This document shows positions 53,470 through 63,519 of a DNA stretch of 64,000 bases, piece by piece. The position numbers were made by a program, and so were the translations under genes. The notes beneath the pieces were generated by a model. That model made no database searches. It saw only the letters and a list, made by a program, of their open reading frames with translations, and had not been told where the DNA came from. Every line of letters begins with the position of its first letter. Position 1 is the first letter of the stretch. The DNA lies in contig JAAYDF010000334.1 of the NCBI GenBank assembly GCA_012729395.1, forward strand, positions 1,714 to 65,713, read 5' to 3'. The stretch comes from Phycisphaerae bacterium (GTDB taxonomy: Bacteria > Planctomycetota > Phycisphaerae > UBA1845 > PWPN01).

Positions 53470-53956
53470 GTTCTTCCTCGGCGGGGCCGCGAGCGCCGGG
53501 CGTTGCCGACTCGCGTGCACCGCGGGCCACTTTGCACGCCGGCTCTCGGCGCCAGACGGCGTCCAGCACACCGTTGATGAATTGCGGCGTCTCCGCGGCA
53601 CCGAACTCCCGGCCAAGTTCGATCGCCTCGTCCATCACCACGCGGGCGGGCACATCGGGCCGCTCGATCAGTTCGTAAATCGCCAAACGCAGGATATTGC
53701 GGTCCACCACCGCCATGCGGGATACATCCCAGTGGTCGGCGGCGGCGGCGATCATCTCGTCATAGCGTGCATGCCCGGCCCACGCGCCGGCGGTCCGCTC
53801 TCGCACGAATTGCCGCGACTCGTCGTCAAGGGCGGCCTCGTCCATCAGGGGCGCAAGCAGCGGCGTCGGGTCCATATCCAGAGCCAGACGCTGCATGTCA
53901 ATCTGATACAGACCCTGCAGGGTGATGATTCGGGCCTGGTGGCGTTTCTGCTTCAT
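53456..53956 (-). CDS. nusB: Transcription antitermination factor NusB
   Basis: RHQARIITLQGLYQIDM and VDRNILRLAIYEL are NusB family blocks. It overlaps the ftsY start by 14 nt. Confidence 0.9.
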   Translation of the reverse strand: MKQKRHQARIITLQGLYQIDMQRLALDMDPTPLLAPLMDEAALDDESRQFVRERTAGAWAGHARYDEMIAAAADHWDVSRMAVVDRNILRLAIYELIERPDVPARVVMDEAIELGREFGAAETPQFINGVLDAVWRREPACKVARGARESATPGARGPAEEEHGTL

Positions 53957-53983
53957 AATGATTCTGAGGACGGCTGTCGGAGG

Positions 53984-54472
53984 TTACTTCTTCCGGGCGT
54001 CCAGTTGGGCAAAGAGGTTGACCATTTCGATAGCGGCCATGGCGGCGTCGGCGCCCTTGTTGCCCGCCTTGGCGCCGGCCCGGTTGATCGCTTGTTCGAG
54101 GGTATCGGCCGTCAGGACGCCGAAGGACACCGGCAGCGTGGCTGCGAGACTGACCTGGGCGATACCTTTGGCGGCCTCGTTGGCGACGAAGTCGAAATGC
54201 GGGGTCTCGCCGCGAATCACGCACCCCAAACAAATGACACCGTCGAACCGACCGCTGGCCGCGGCCTTCTTCGCCGCGAGCGGCAGTTCCCACGCCCCGG
54301 GTACCCAGATGGTCGTGATATCGCCAAGGGCACAACCGTGCCGCTGCAAAGTGTCCACCGCCCCACCAAGCAGCCGGGACGAGATGAACTCGTTAAACCG
54401 GCTGATGATGATCGCGAATCGCTGCTTCTTGACGACCAGTTCGCCCTGGATGGTGTTGATCGCTTCAGCCAT
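53984..54472 (-). CDS. ribH: 6,7-dimethyl-8-ribityllumazine synthase
   Basis: 162 aa. [38 protein letters not shown] and GVLT. ATG 54472 chosen within a longer track ORF. Confidence 0.95.
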   Translation of the reverse strand: MAEAINTIQGELVVKKQRFAIIISRFNEFISSRLLGGAVDTLQRHGCALGDITTIWVPGAWELPLAAKKAAASGRFDGVICLGCVIRGETPHFDFVANEAAKGIAQVSLAATLPVSFGVLTADTLEQAINRAGAKAGNKGADAAMAAIEMVNLFAQLDARKK

Positions 54473-54604
54473 AGCTCGATAGACTCCACTGCCCGCGGCC
54501 TCAACCGGGACACGAAACCCTGCCCCCAACCGCGTTCCGCGTGTATCCTTGCCGGTATCGTACCGGATGGCCCGGGCAAACGCCACACCCGGCAGGAGTA
54601 TGCG

Positions 54605-55444
54605 ATGGCGGATGTGAACTTCACGGTGGATGCCTTTGGGGTGTTTGGGCCGGGGCGGGTGCGCGTGGTCTGGCGGGATGAGCCTCGGCCGACGAACGCA
54701 CCGCTGGACGCGTTGGTGGACCGGACCTGGGCCGAGGCCCTGCATGAGGCCGAGCGCAGCGGAGCGGTACTCTTCAACGGCCAACTGGCCCGCTATCTGC
54801 GACATCGCGTCCAGGAAGAAGCCCTGTACATCGAGGTCGGCCCGACGGACTACGCCCAGTTCATGTCCACCAACTATCTCAATCACGCACGCGGGGACGA
54901 GTTTGGCTGGGATCTGTTCAGCAATCCCATCGGCACCACGGCGACGCTGGTCACACGAGATGGTTGGCTGCTATACGGTCGACGGAGCAAGCGGGTCGCC
55001 TGCCACGCCGGCTACGTCCACACCTTCGGCGGCGGTTTGGAGGCGGGCGAGCGGAACGCCGCCCGCGAGTTCGACGTATTCGGCAGCGTGCGGCGCGAGC
55101 TCGCCGAGGAGCTGGGCCTGCGTGCGGCGGAGATTTCCTCCATGGTATGCCTGGGACTGATCCGCGACGCGACCATCCGCCAGCCGGAGCTGATCTTCGA
55201 TGCCCACCTGACGTTGACGCGGGCGGAAGTTGAAACCCGGTTGGTCCACGATCGCCAGCACGAGCACGACGCTGTGGCCGCATGCCGGGATGAACCGGAC
55301 GCGGTCGTGCCGTTCGTTCTCGCGGCCGGCCGCATCGCTCCCGTCGCGGTCGGAGCCCTGTGTCAGCACGGGCGGCAACGCTTCGGCGAAGACTGGTACG
55401 CGGGCACCGCAGCCAGAACGGGGTGGGAGGTCAAGCTGCCGTGA
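54605..55444 (+). CDS. NUDIX-hydrolase-like protein
   Basis: Only the C-terminal 279 codons of the 778-aa track ORF are credible; the rest is antisense to ftsY, nusB and ribH. Nudix-box-like GGGLEAGE...[10 protein letters not shown]. Confidence 0.65.
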   Translation: MADVNFTVDAFGVFGPGRVRVVWRDEPRPTNAPLDALVDRTWAEALHEAERSGAVLFNGQLARYLRHRVQEEALYIEVGPTDYAQFMSTNYLNHARGDEFGWDLFSNPIGTTATLVTRDGWLLYGRRSKRVACHAGYVHTFGGGLEAGERNAAREFDVFGSVRRELAEELGLRAAEISSMVCLGLIRDATIRQPELIFDAHLTLTRAEVETRLVHDRQHEHDAVAACRDEPDAVVPFVLAAGRIAPVAVGALCQHGRQRFGEDWYAGTAARTGWEVKLP

Positions 55445-55454
55445 GACGGCACGC

Positions 55455-56324
55455 CTACAGCTCGATGATCTCGTAGCGTTTGGCCAAGTAGGTGCAGCCG
55501 ACGTTGACGCACTCGAAGTGGGCGTGGCTGAAACGGTCGGGTTTGTGGCTGTGACCGCAGACGGCGTAACGCACCTGGGGATGATCGAGCAGAATCTCTC
55601 CGAACAACTCGCTGCCTAGGAAAGCGCTGGCGAAGGCCCAACTGGGTCGCTCCGTGTAGGGCACCATGCGCCACAACGGCAGATGGTGCAGCCCCACGAA
55701 AACGCGCTCGGCCTTGCGCTCCACGCGGGCGAGATGATCTTCGAGCCGGCCCAGCAGGCGATGACAGAAATCGAGATCGCTCATGAGCAACCGGGCGTGC
55801 TCGCCATCCATCCAGCGGGTGCCGATCTGAAAGGCGTGCTCGGGGATGTCCGATCGGTCCTCGACAAGGTACTGATAAGCTGGCAGCCGCGCGGCAGCGC
55901 CCGGGGCGATCTTCTCGCGGTAGAAACGCAACGGGATACCCAGCCGGGCAGGCCGAAAACTGAAGTCGTACCACCCGATGCTGCCGACGATCCCGACGGA
56001 TCCGAGCACCGCGGGTTCGGCATCCAGAGCCTGAAAATCGGCGGCCCGGCAGACGGCGGGCAGATCCTCCTCCAGCCGCCGCACCGAGTCGCCGCCCGGG
56101 TCGATCCAGATGTCGTGGTTGCCGGCCACAAAGAACTTGCGGCCACGAAAGCGGTCGAAGAGGTGAAGGCATTCGAGCGTCACCTCGGGATCACGGCCGG
56201 CCACGTCGCCAAGCAGCAGCAACACGTCCGCATCGAGGTCGCAGACCTCCTCCGCCAGGCGCAGAGTCGGCCCTCGGCTGCGCGCGATGTCGTAGTGCAG
56301 GTCCGCGGTCGCGATGATCCTCAT
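55455..56324 (-). CDS. Calcineurin-like metallophosphoesterase
   Basis: MRIIATADLHYD, LLLLGDVAG, GNHD and CGHSH motifs. ATG 56324 chosen within a longer track ORF. Confidence 0.8.
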   Translation of the reverse strand: MRIIATADLHYDIARSRGPTLRLAEEVCDLDADVLLLLGDVAGRDPEVTLECLHLFDRFRGRKFFVAGNHDIWIDPGGDSVRRLEEDLPAVCRAADFQALDAEPAVLGSVGIVGSIGWYDFSFRPARLGIPLRFYREKIAPGAAARLPAYQYLVEDRSDIPEHAFQIGTRWMDGEHARLLMSDLDFCHRLLGRLEDHLARVERKAERVFVGLHHLPLWRMVPYTERPSWAFASAFLGSELFGEILLDHPQVRYAVCGHSHKPDRFSHAHFECVNVGCTYLAKRYEIIEL

Positions 56325-56620
56325 GCTTGGCCCCGTTCGACCATCCCTTTGTGTCGAGAGAGCATGATACCCTCCACGGCCGCAGGTTGCATCGCTCGGC
56401 AGCGGCTTGCGGGGGCGGGTGGCGAGGGCGGTACTCCGATCCCATGCGTGCACCGTCCGGGTGAACCCGCGGACTGGCGTCCGCGGCTCGTGTGGGCAGA
56501 TCCGCGAATGCGCCGGTGGGGATCTCTGGGATATCGCGAAACGGCGAGCACTCCGGTAGAATGCCACCTCTTGATATTTCGCGAATTGCCGCTGAGCCGG
56601 CCGGAAGGTTGTGAAGCAGA

Positions 56621-57364
56621 ATGGCAGAACCCGTACTCAAGGTCGACAATCTTAGCAAGAGCTACCGGCTGGGCAGCCAAGAGATCCGCGCTCTGGATGA
56701 CGTCTCTGTGACTGTGGAGGGTGGCCAACTTGTGGCCATCATGGGCGCCAGCGGATCGGGCAAGAGCACACTGCTGCACTTGGCCGGCGGTCTGGACACG
56801 CCCGACACCGGTACCGTGTGCGTCGAGGGCCAGAACCTGGCGAGCATGTCGGACCGCAAGCGGACGCTGTTTCGCCGTCGGCGGATCGGCATCATCTTCC
56901 AGACCTTCAACCTGCTGCCGACACTCAGCGCGTGGGAGAATGTCGCGGTGCCCCTGCTGGTGGACGGGACATCGGGGGCGGCGATGCGTGAGCTCGTCGC
57001 GGACATCATGCGGCTGGTGCACCTGGAGAACCGGGCGCACCATCGGCCGCAAGCCATGTCCGGAGGCGAGCAGCAGCGGGTGGCGATCGCTCGGGCCCTG
57101 TTGAACGACCCGGCTCTTGTTCTGGCGGACGAGCCCACGGGCAACCTGGACTCAATCAACGCGGCGGAGATCTGGCAGTTGCTGCGTCGCCTGACCCGCG
57201 AGATGGGCAAGACGGTCCTGATGGTGACGCACGAGGCACTGGCCGCTTCGTATGCCGACCGAGTCTACGTGCTCAAGGACGGTCGCGTGATCGGCACGAT
57301 CGAGCAAGGAGAGCCCGGCCATGCGGCACTGGTGGCAGCTCGGTATGCGGAACTGGCGGGTTAA
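56621..57364 (+). CDS. ABC transporter ATP-binding protein (MacB/LolD type)
   Basis: Walker A GASGSGKST, signature MSGGEQQR, Walker B LVLADEPTGNLD. Confidence 0.9.
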   Translation: MAEPVLKVDNLSKSYRLGSQEIRALDDVSVTVEGGQLVAIMGASGSGKSTLLHLAGGLDTPDTGTVCVEGQNLASMSDRKRTLFRRRRIGIIFQTFNLLPTLSAWENVAVPLLVDGTSGAAMRELVADIMRLVHLENRAHHRPQAMSGGEQQRVAIARALLNDPALVLADEPTGNLDSINAAEIWQLLRRLTREMGKTVLMVTHEALAASYADRVYVLKDGRVIGTIEQGEPGHAALVAARYAELAG

Positions 57365-60314
57365 GCCCGGCCGGACCGCGGGTGCGCTGGGGGCTATCGC
57401 TCTGGGCGTGGGCGTGGTCATCTGGGTGACTTGCGCGCACGAATCGGTGCGGCTTGCCCTGCGCGACCAGGTATGGTTCTGGATCGGGCGCAGCCACCTG
57501 GCGGTCGAGAGCGTCTACAGTGCGCAGGGCACGGTCTATCAATCCATCGCGGACGACGTCGCGGCACTTCCCAATGTCGCTCATGTGACCTACCGCCTCA
57601 AACTGCGGGCACTCCTGGAGAAGCTCCCCGAACCCAGCCACCCCAGCGACACCAGAACCCCGCGGGGACGGCACGCCTCGGACGATTTTCCTGAAGAAGG
57701 TGAACCTTGGGATTCACCGTCCCCGCCGGCCAACGAGGTGCAAGTCATCGGTGTGCTCCCGGAGTTGGAGACGGCCTTCCGCGACTACGGCGAAGACCGC
57801 ATCACCGGCCGCATGCTGACCCCCGAAGACACCGATGCCGCGGTCGTCGACTACAAGCTCGCCGACCAGTTGGGCCTCGAGATCGGTGACCGCTTCGTCC
57901 TGCGGGCAACCGCCTTGAACCCCGAGGACGTACCCACGGAGACAACCGCGACCTTCACCGTCGTGGGTCTGCTGGAACATCGGCGAATCGCTCAGCAGCA
58001 GCGGCCGGTGGTCATGACCCGGCTGGATCGCGTCCAGCCGCTGGCCGGCTACGACCGTGCTCCCCGACGCGTCACCCGAATTGACATGATCCTCCACGAT
58101 ACGACCCAACGCGAGCTGGTGAACACGGAACGGCGAGTGTCCGCACTGGTGGCCAAACACCAACAGGGATTTCTGGTCAGTAACGCACGGGGCAAGATGG
58201 CTCAGGTGGAAGCCGCCGAAAATCAAACGCGATTTCTGTTGCTGGTGGTTTCGACGGTAGCCCTGTTCACCGCGTTCTTCATCATCCTCTCGACGCTAAG
58301 CATGGGGATGGTGGAGCGGATCGGCCAACTGGGCACGCTGCGTTGTCTGGGCATGACCCGCTTTCAGGTCTGTATGCTGGTCCTAGCGGAAGCCATACCG
58401 CTCGGAGTCGCAGGCGTGCTGCTGGGCATCCCCGTGGGGTTGGCCCTGGGCAAACTGAGCGTCCTCATCGCTCCGGAGTACATCGGGCACTTCGCGATCA
58501 GTCGACCGGGGCTGATCCTCGCCCTGGTGGGCGGTGGGGTGACAACACTCGCCGGAGCGATGCTGCCCATGTTGCAGGCGCTGCGGGTCTCTCCACTGGC
58601 GGCAGCCCGACCGCAAGCCCAACCTACGCCAAGCGTGCTCACCTGGGTGGCGTTGGTCGTGGGCGCGGCGATGATCTGGCGGCATTGCTGGATGCTGGAA
58701 ACACTGCCAACCAACCAATGGTTCAAGCCGTACAACACGCTGGAAGGGGTGGGCCTGCTGTATCTGGGGTACGCACTGATCGTACCGGCTCTTGTGCGAG
58801 TCGTTGGCGTGCTGGCGGTTCGGGTGGCGGCGGTTGTGTTGCGATTGCGGTCACGGCTCCTCAGCGATCAGGTCGGCCGGGCCGTCTGGCGCTCGTCGGC
58901 GATCTGCTGCGGGCTGATGGTGGGCCTGTCGCTGATCGTGACCCTCGCGGTACACAGCGAGTCGATGTCCGCCGGGTGGGACTTCCCCAAGCAATTCTGC
59001 GAGGCGTTCATCTACGTCCTGCCGCCGGTCAAGAGACCCGTGGCCGACCAAGCACGACAGATACCCGGCGTGGCGGAAAGCTGCCTGGTCAATACGAGCA
59101 TCAACGTGACCACTCAGGGGCGCGGGCTGTTCAACTTTCCCTTCTCGATGTTCGTGGCCGGCGAGCCGGACGAGTTCTTCAACATCGCCAAGCTCGAATT
59201 CGTCGAGGGCAATCTCGAAGACGCGATCGCCAAACTCAAGCGAGGCGGCTACATCCTGGTCACCCCGGAATTCGTGCGTTCCAAGCGGATCGGGTACGGC
59301 GAGAAGGTCTTCGTGAAGCAGGGGGCGTTGTTCGGCCGCTGGACACAGTTTGAGATCGCGGGGGTGGTGACCTCGCCGGCACTGCACATCACGGCTAACT
59401 ACTTCAACGCGGGCGACATGCTGGTCTCGCAATCGGTGCACGTGGTGCTGGGGACGATCAACGATGCCCGGAAGGTGTTCCAGGTACCCGACGAAGTCAG
59501 CCTGGTGCTGGTCAACTTTGACCTGCCGGAAACCGAACCGCCGCCCGAGTTTGCCGCCGATCAACCGCCCGATTGGCGCAACCCGGTCGAGACGGCCAAA
59601 CAGATCATCGCGTGGCGATCGCTGTTGCCGCAGCGCCAGGCTGAAATCGACGAGCTTGAACGGCAACTGGCCTCGGCGCAGGAGGCGGCAGGTACACACA
59701 CACGCTGGACGCAGATGGTCATGGCCAGGCTGTTTCGCGATGCGCTCAGTGACGTGGCCGGCCAGTGGTCGCAACGCACACCCGCCCAGCGGTGGCGGAT
59801 CTTCCGCGAAGGCCTGGTCATGCGACTGGTCGCCTGGCGAACAGGAGCCACCACCTCGCAGCACGCGTCCGTGCGAGCGCTCAAACTGCAAATCGACCAC
59901 GACCTGCGAAGGGCCACGCAGCTCTTCGCCGCCATCCCCATGGTCGCTCTGCTGGTCGCCGCTCTGGGGGTGGGCAACCTGATGATGGCCAACGTCACCA
60001 ACCGCACGCGGCAAATCGCTATGCTACGAGCGGTCGGCGCGACGCGCTGGCAAGTGACACGGCTGGTCATCGGCGAGGCGATCGTACTGAGTACCCTGGG
60101 CAGCACCGTGGGGATCGCCCTGGGCATCCATGCAGCATGGGGCATCCGTCAGATCGTCATGGGCGTGTGGGGCTACGAACCGCAGTGGACCATCCCGTGG
60201 ACTTGGATCTCATGGGGGGTAGGCTTCACCCTGTTGGTGTGCCTGATCGCGGGCCTGATCCCCGCCCGCCGAGCAGCCCGCAACAACATCATCGACGCGC
60301 TGCAGACAACCTGA
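57321..60314 (+). CDS. ABC transporter permease with two FtsX/MacB-type modules
   Basis: 997 aa. Two blocks of four TM helices, each preceded by a large extracytoplasmic domain. FtsX-like C-terminal blocks (LRCLGMTRFQV, LRAVGATRWQV). Overlaps the upstream ATPase gene. Confidence 0.88.
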   Translation: MRHWWQLGMRNWRVKPGRTAGALGAIALGVGVVIWVTCAHESVRLALRDQVWFWIGRSHLAVESVYSAQGTVYQSIADDVAALPNVAHVTYRLKLRALLEKLPEPSHPSDTRTPRGRHASDDFPEEGEPWDSPSPPANEVQVIGVLPELETAFRDYGEDRITGRMLTPEDTDAAVVDYKLADQLGLEIGDRFVLRATALNPEDVPTETTATFTVVGLLEHRRIAQQQRPVVMTRLDRVQPLAGYDRAPRRVTRIDMILHDTTQRELVNTERRVSALVAKHQQGFLVSNARGKMAQVEAAENQTRFLLLVVSTVALFTAFFIILSTLSMGMVERIGQLGTLRCLGMTRFQVCMLVLAEAIPLGVAGVLLGIPVGLALGKLSVLIAPEYIGHFAISRPGLILALVGGGVTTLAGAMLPMLQALRVSPLAAARPQAQPTPSVLTWVALVVGAAMIWRHCWMLETLPTNQWFKPYNTLEGVGLLYLGYALIVPALVRVVGVLAVRVAAVVLRLRSRLLSDQVGRAVWRSSAICCGLMVGLSLIVTLAVHSESMSAGWDFPKQFCEAFIYVLPPVKRPVADQARQIPGVAESCLVNTSINVTTQGRGLFNFPFSMFVAGEPDEFFNIAKLEFVEGNLEDAIAKLKRGGYILVTPEFVRSKRIGYGEKVFVKQGALFGRWTQFEIAGVVTSPALHITANYFNAGDMLVSQSVHVVLGTINDARKVFQVPDEVSLVLVNFDLPETEPPPEFAADQPPDWRNPVETAKQIIAWRSLLPQRQAEIDELERQLASAQEAAGTHTRWTQMVMARLFRDALSDVAGQWSQRTPAQRWRIFREGLVMRLVAWRTGATTSQHASVRALKLQIDHDLRRATQLFAAIPMVALLVAALGVGNLMMANVTNRTRQIAMLRAVGATRWQVTRLVIGEAIVLSTLGSTVGIALGIHAAWGIRQIVMGVWGYEPQWTIPWTWISWGVGFTLLVCLIAGLIPARRAARNNIIDALQTT

Positions 60315-60395
60315 CCCAAGTCGACCATCGGCAACGAGGCATAGGGACCCCACCGTTCCGCAATCGCTCCATGCCCCGCTCTCGAGTCGCCAGGC

Positions 60396-60659
60396 TCAAT
60401 TCCCCATGCGTTGACGTTCAATATCCTGCCGCACCTCGGGCACAAGGTAGCACTGGTCCACACCTTCCACGGAAGCGAGAGCGGCCAGCGTACGGTCGTA
60501 GCGGGTGGCCAAGTCCGCCAGCGTATCCACGAAGAGCACGCGGCGGCCGCGCAACACACACAGCCCACCGCCCTCGCCATTCATCGGTTCAGCCCGCACT
60601 TCAATCCCGACCTGCTCGGCCACCCCCAGCAGGGCCTCCAACCTCAAACCCAAATCCAT
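60396..60659 (-). CDS. Small hypothetical protein (87 aa)
   Basis: Compact ORF with ggtgagg/gggagg purine-rich sequence upstream of ATG 60659. No recognisable family. Coding status is plausible but unproven. Confidence 0.45.
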   Translation of the reverse strand: MDLGLRLEALLGVAEQVGIEVRAEPMNGEGGGLCVLRGRRVLFVDTLADLATRYDRTLAALASVEGVDQCYLVPEVRQDIERQRMGN

Positions 60660-60926
60660 GAACCTCACCGCCTCCCAACACGACCTCTCACCACCCCACC
60701 TGTGTCCCCCCTACGGGCACAACACGAACCAGCAGGGAAGCGCCCCCTTCGGACGCCGTCGCCCCAAACAGGCAAGTGCTCCCTTCAAGATTCCGGGGAT
60801 CCCCTGCCGATACTCCATGAACACGGAGACCCTGTCGGAACCTTGCCACGAGCAACCGTTGTAGGTGATGTCGCACCGCAGTCACGTGGGCTGATTCCGT
60901 CCGGCAGGGATGCCTCAGGAGGGCTC

Positions 60927-61814
60927 ATGCCGCCGTTCGCCCCTAAGCCACCTCAACGTACTCCGCCTGCCGGAAACCGACCTGAGACCGCGAAGCAAAG
61001 CCTCACCGCGGTGACGCTTGGTAAGCCCCCTGCCCAGCAACCCAATGTAACCAGGGATGCATACGCCCTACAAGCCCAACTCGATCACCTCGGCCAGCAG
61101 TTCGACAGTCTCCGAGCCCAGCTTCGCCAATCGCAGAAGCTCGCCACGCTGGGCACCACCACAGCGATGATCGCCCACGAGCTGAATAACCTGCTGACCC
61201 CCGTGATGGCCTACGCCCGGGAAGCACTGGACCGCGACGACGTGGACCTCATGCGCCTGGCCCTACAGAAAACGCTCGATCGGGTCACCGCCATGCGGGA
61301 GATGGCTGACCGAGTCGTCGGGCTCGCCCGGCGCCCGGACACGGTAGTCAAATCCGTCCCCCTGGTGCATGTCGCCCAGGAAGCCCTCGCGTGTCTGGGG
61401 CGCGACCCGGCCAAGGACGGCATCTCAACCCGCCTGCAGATCGACCCTCTGCTGTGCGTACGGGCCAACGAAAGCCAACTCCTCCAGGTGGTGCTCAACC
61501 TGCTCACCAACGCCCGGCAAGCGATGCTGGGCCGTCGCGGACTGCTGACCATCGAGGCTGAGCCGGCCCCCAACGACCAAGTCCGACTCCATGTCCGCGA
61601 CACAGGCTGCGGTATTCCCGCCGAGCATTTGGCCGACGTTTTCGACCCATTCTTCTCGGCCAGGCAAAACACCGATCGGCCTGACCAGCGAGGGCTCGGG
61701 CTTGGCTTGGCGATCTGCCGCGACATCATCGAGGAACTCGGCGGACAGATCGAGTTGGAAAGTACCCTCGGTGAGGGCACTTCCGTGACCATCACACTGC
61801 CCCGTGGCCAATAA
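60927..61814 (+). CDS. Cytoplasmic histidine kinase (HisKA + HATPase)
   Basis: aggaggg RBS precedes ATG 60927. Coiled-coil region, then H-box TAMIAHELNNLLTPV. N box LLTNARQA and G boxes DTGCGI, GLGLGLAICRDI. Confidence 0.85.
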   Translation: MPPFAPKPPQRTPPAGNRPETAKQSLTAVTLGKPPAQQPNVTRDAYALQAQLDHLGQQFDSLRAQLRQSQKLATLGTTTAMIAHELNNLLTPVMAYAREALDRDDVDLMRLALQKTLDRVTAMREMADRVVGLARRPDTVVKSVPLVHVAQEALACLGRDPAKDGISTRLQIDPLLCVRANESQLLQVVLNLLTNARQAMLGRRGLLTIEAEPAPNDQVRLHVRDTGCGIPAEHLADVFDPFFSARQNTDRPDQRGLGLGLAICRDIIEELGGQIELESTLGEGTSVTITLPRGQ

Positions 61815-62019
61815 ACCCCGGCACTGCGTAGAACTTCAAGCTTCCGCGATACATTGAACGGCCCGACCCAAGCTCATCCGCAGCCGCGTCGCCATCCTTG
61901 AGCCCTGCCCGCCCAAAGGCCCCTTCGGCGCAACCAGAACGGCCGGCCAGTCCCTCAAGGAACCGGCCGGCCGACTGTGGCGGGGACGTCGAGTGAGGTC
62001 GCCTGATCCGGCGACCATG

Positions 62020-63111
62020 TCACGGGCATTCGCCGCCCGTGGCAGTATTCAAGTTGTTACGCGTACTCACCAGATCGAAGATGTTGATGGAGCCGTCCGC
62101 GTTCGCGTCGGAGCGGAAGTTCGAGGCCGACACCTGCATATTCAGACTGTTGCGGACGGTGACGAGATCGAAGATGTTGACCGATTCATCACCGTTCGCG
62201 TCGCCGACGAGAACGCCAAAGCAGAGCGTTTCTTCGGCGACGGCGGCCTCGCTGTCTGCATGGGCAATCCCGGGGAAGCCAAGCTCCACGCGAGCCGGGC
62301 TGGTCGCCCCGGTGATCTGAACCGACAACTCGGTCTCGTTGATCGCGACATCGGTAATGGTCCCCGCCATTCCGGTGCTGGCCAAGGCGACATCGGCGAC
62401 ATCAAGACCGCCCACACCCTGAATGGGAACGTCGAAACCGACGACGACAAGCGTCGGCCCACCGGCACGATTCTCGACAGAGACCGACCGGCCTGACGGC
62501 GGGGTAAGCAGATCCACGTCGAACGCGCCCGCCGTGCCATGAGTCTTGCGCGAGACGGCGCTGACAATGGTCGGAGCGTCCGCCGGCTGAACCGTGATGG
62601 TGAACTCGACGCCGCTCTGCCCACCAATGTCATCGAAACTGTCCGCCTCACCTACCGCGAAGTCCGTCAGAGTCAGTGTGTAATCTCCCGGAGCGGTACC
62701 GTCCACTACTTCCAGATCGAGGGTAACCAGCCGGGAGTCACCCGTCAGACGCGGCGTTTCACCCGGAGCCGACAGAACCACCGCGCCAAACCTGGCCGAG
62801 CTGTCGGGATTGAGCGCCCCTGTCGGGATCGGCAGAGACCACGTCGCATCCCAGTCCGCTCCATACGATCCACCCACAATCTCCACCACGCCGCTCGTCC
62901 CCGCCGTCAGGAGCATTTCCGAGCTCACGATGGTCTCGGGGGCCACACTGACGTTCACGTCGATGCTGAAGCTGCGACTGACGCTCGGGTTGACCACCAC
63001 GACGTAACCACTGCCACCGGCTTCGTTCACCGTCGCGGTGAGTGAGGCATGGGCAAGAGGGGCAACAACCAACGTAGACGCCACGATCAAGTAAAGGAAC
63101 GGTGTTCGCAT
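62020..63111 (-). CDS. Secreted protein with C-terminal type-I-dockerin-like repeat pair
   Basis: Signal peptide MRTPFLYLIVASTLVVAPLAHA, beta-rich Ig/cohesin-like middle, and two Ca-binding dockerin-type repeats (GDANGDESVNIFDLVTVRNSL, SDANADGSINIFDLVSTRNNL). Confidence 0.8.
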   Translation of the reverse strand: MRTPFLYLIVASTLVVAPLAHASLTATVNEAGGSGYVVVVNPSVSRSFSIDVNVSVAPETIVSSEMLLTAGTSGVVEIVGGSYGADWDATWSLPIPTGALNPDSSARFGAVVLSAPGETPRLTGDSRLVTLDLEVVDGTAPGDYTLTLTDFAVGEADSFDDIGGQSGVEFTITVQPADAPTIVSAVSRKTHGTAGAFDVDLLTPPSGRSVSVENRAGGPTLVVVGFDVPIQGVGGLDVADVALASTGMAGTITDVAINETELSVQITGATSPARVELGFPGIAHADSEAAVAEETLCFGVLVGDANGDESVNIFDLVTVRNSLNMQVSASNFRSDANADGSINIFDLVSTRNNLNTATGGECP

Positions 63112-63519
63112 TGCAGCACCCTCTTTCCGGCTTGCGTCATTCGAGACGAAGCTGACCATCCCAGGGCGATCTCCGCACCGCCCGCTCATGATGTGAACAT
63201 GGAGCGATCAAGTCCGCGACTAGCGCTTGGTCAAGTTCGACCAACCTTGACCCGCTCCCTGTGACGATTATACCACTTTGGGAGACGCCAATGCAAAGGG
63301 ATTCCGGACGTTTTTCGCCCTGGTTGACCCCCGCTCCGCTGTACCGGGCATCACCCCGAGGTCCTCGCCAAGCAGGCCGCTGAGCTTCCGCCCCCCAACC
63401 GACGCGGTGAACCGGCATCCGATCCGTCGCCGGGAAGAGACCAACGTGCCGCCCTGCCGACAGCCCCTCCCCAACCCGTAACTCTATCTAAAACCGCGAC
63501 TTAACGCATCGATGGACCG

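Noticed and set aside
53108-54604. N-terminal two thirds of the 778-aa plus-strand ORF
   Set aside because: Antisense to ftsY, nusB and ribH, all of which have clear family motifs. Only the part from ATG 54605 (NUDIX-like) is kept.
61996-62015. Hairpin ggtcgcc-tgatcc-ggcgacc just downstream of the dockerin gene stop, as an intrinsic terminator
   Set aside because: The 7-bp stem has no following U-tract on the relevant strand. Many similar GC hairpins occur by chance in this composition.
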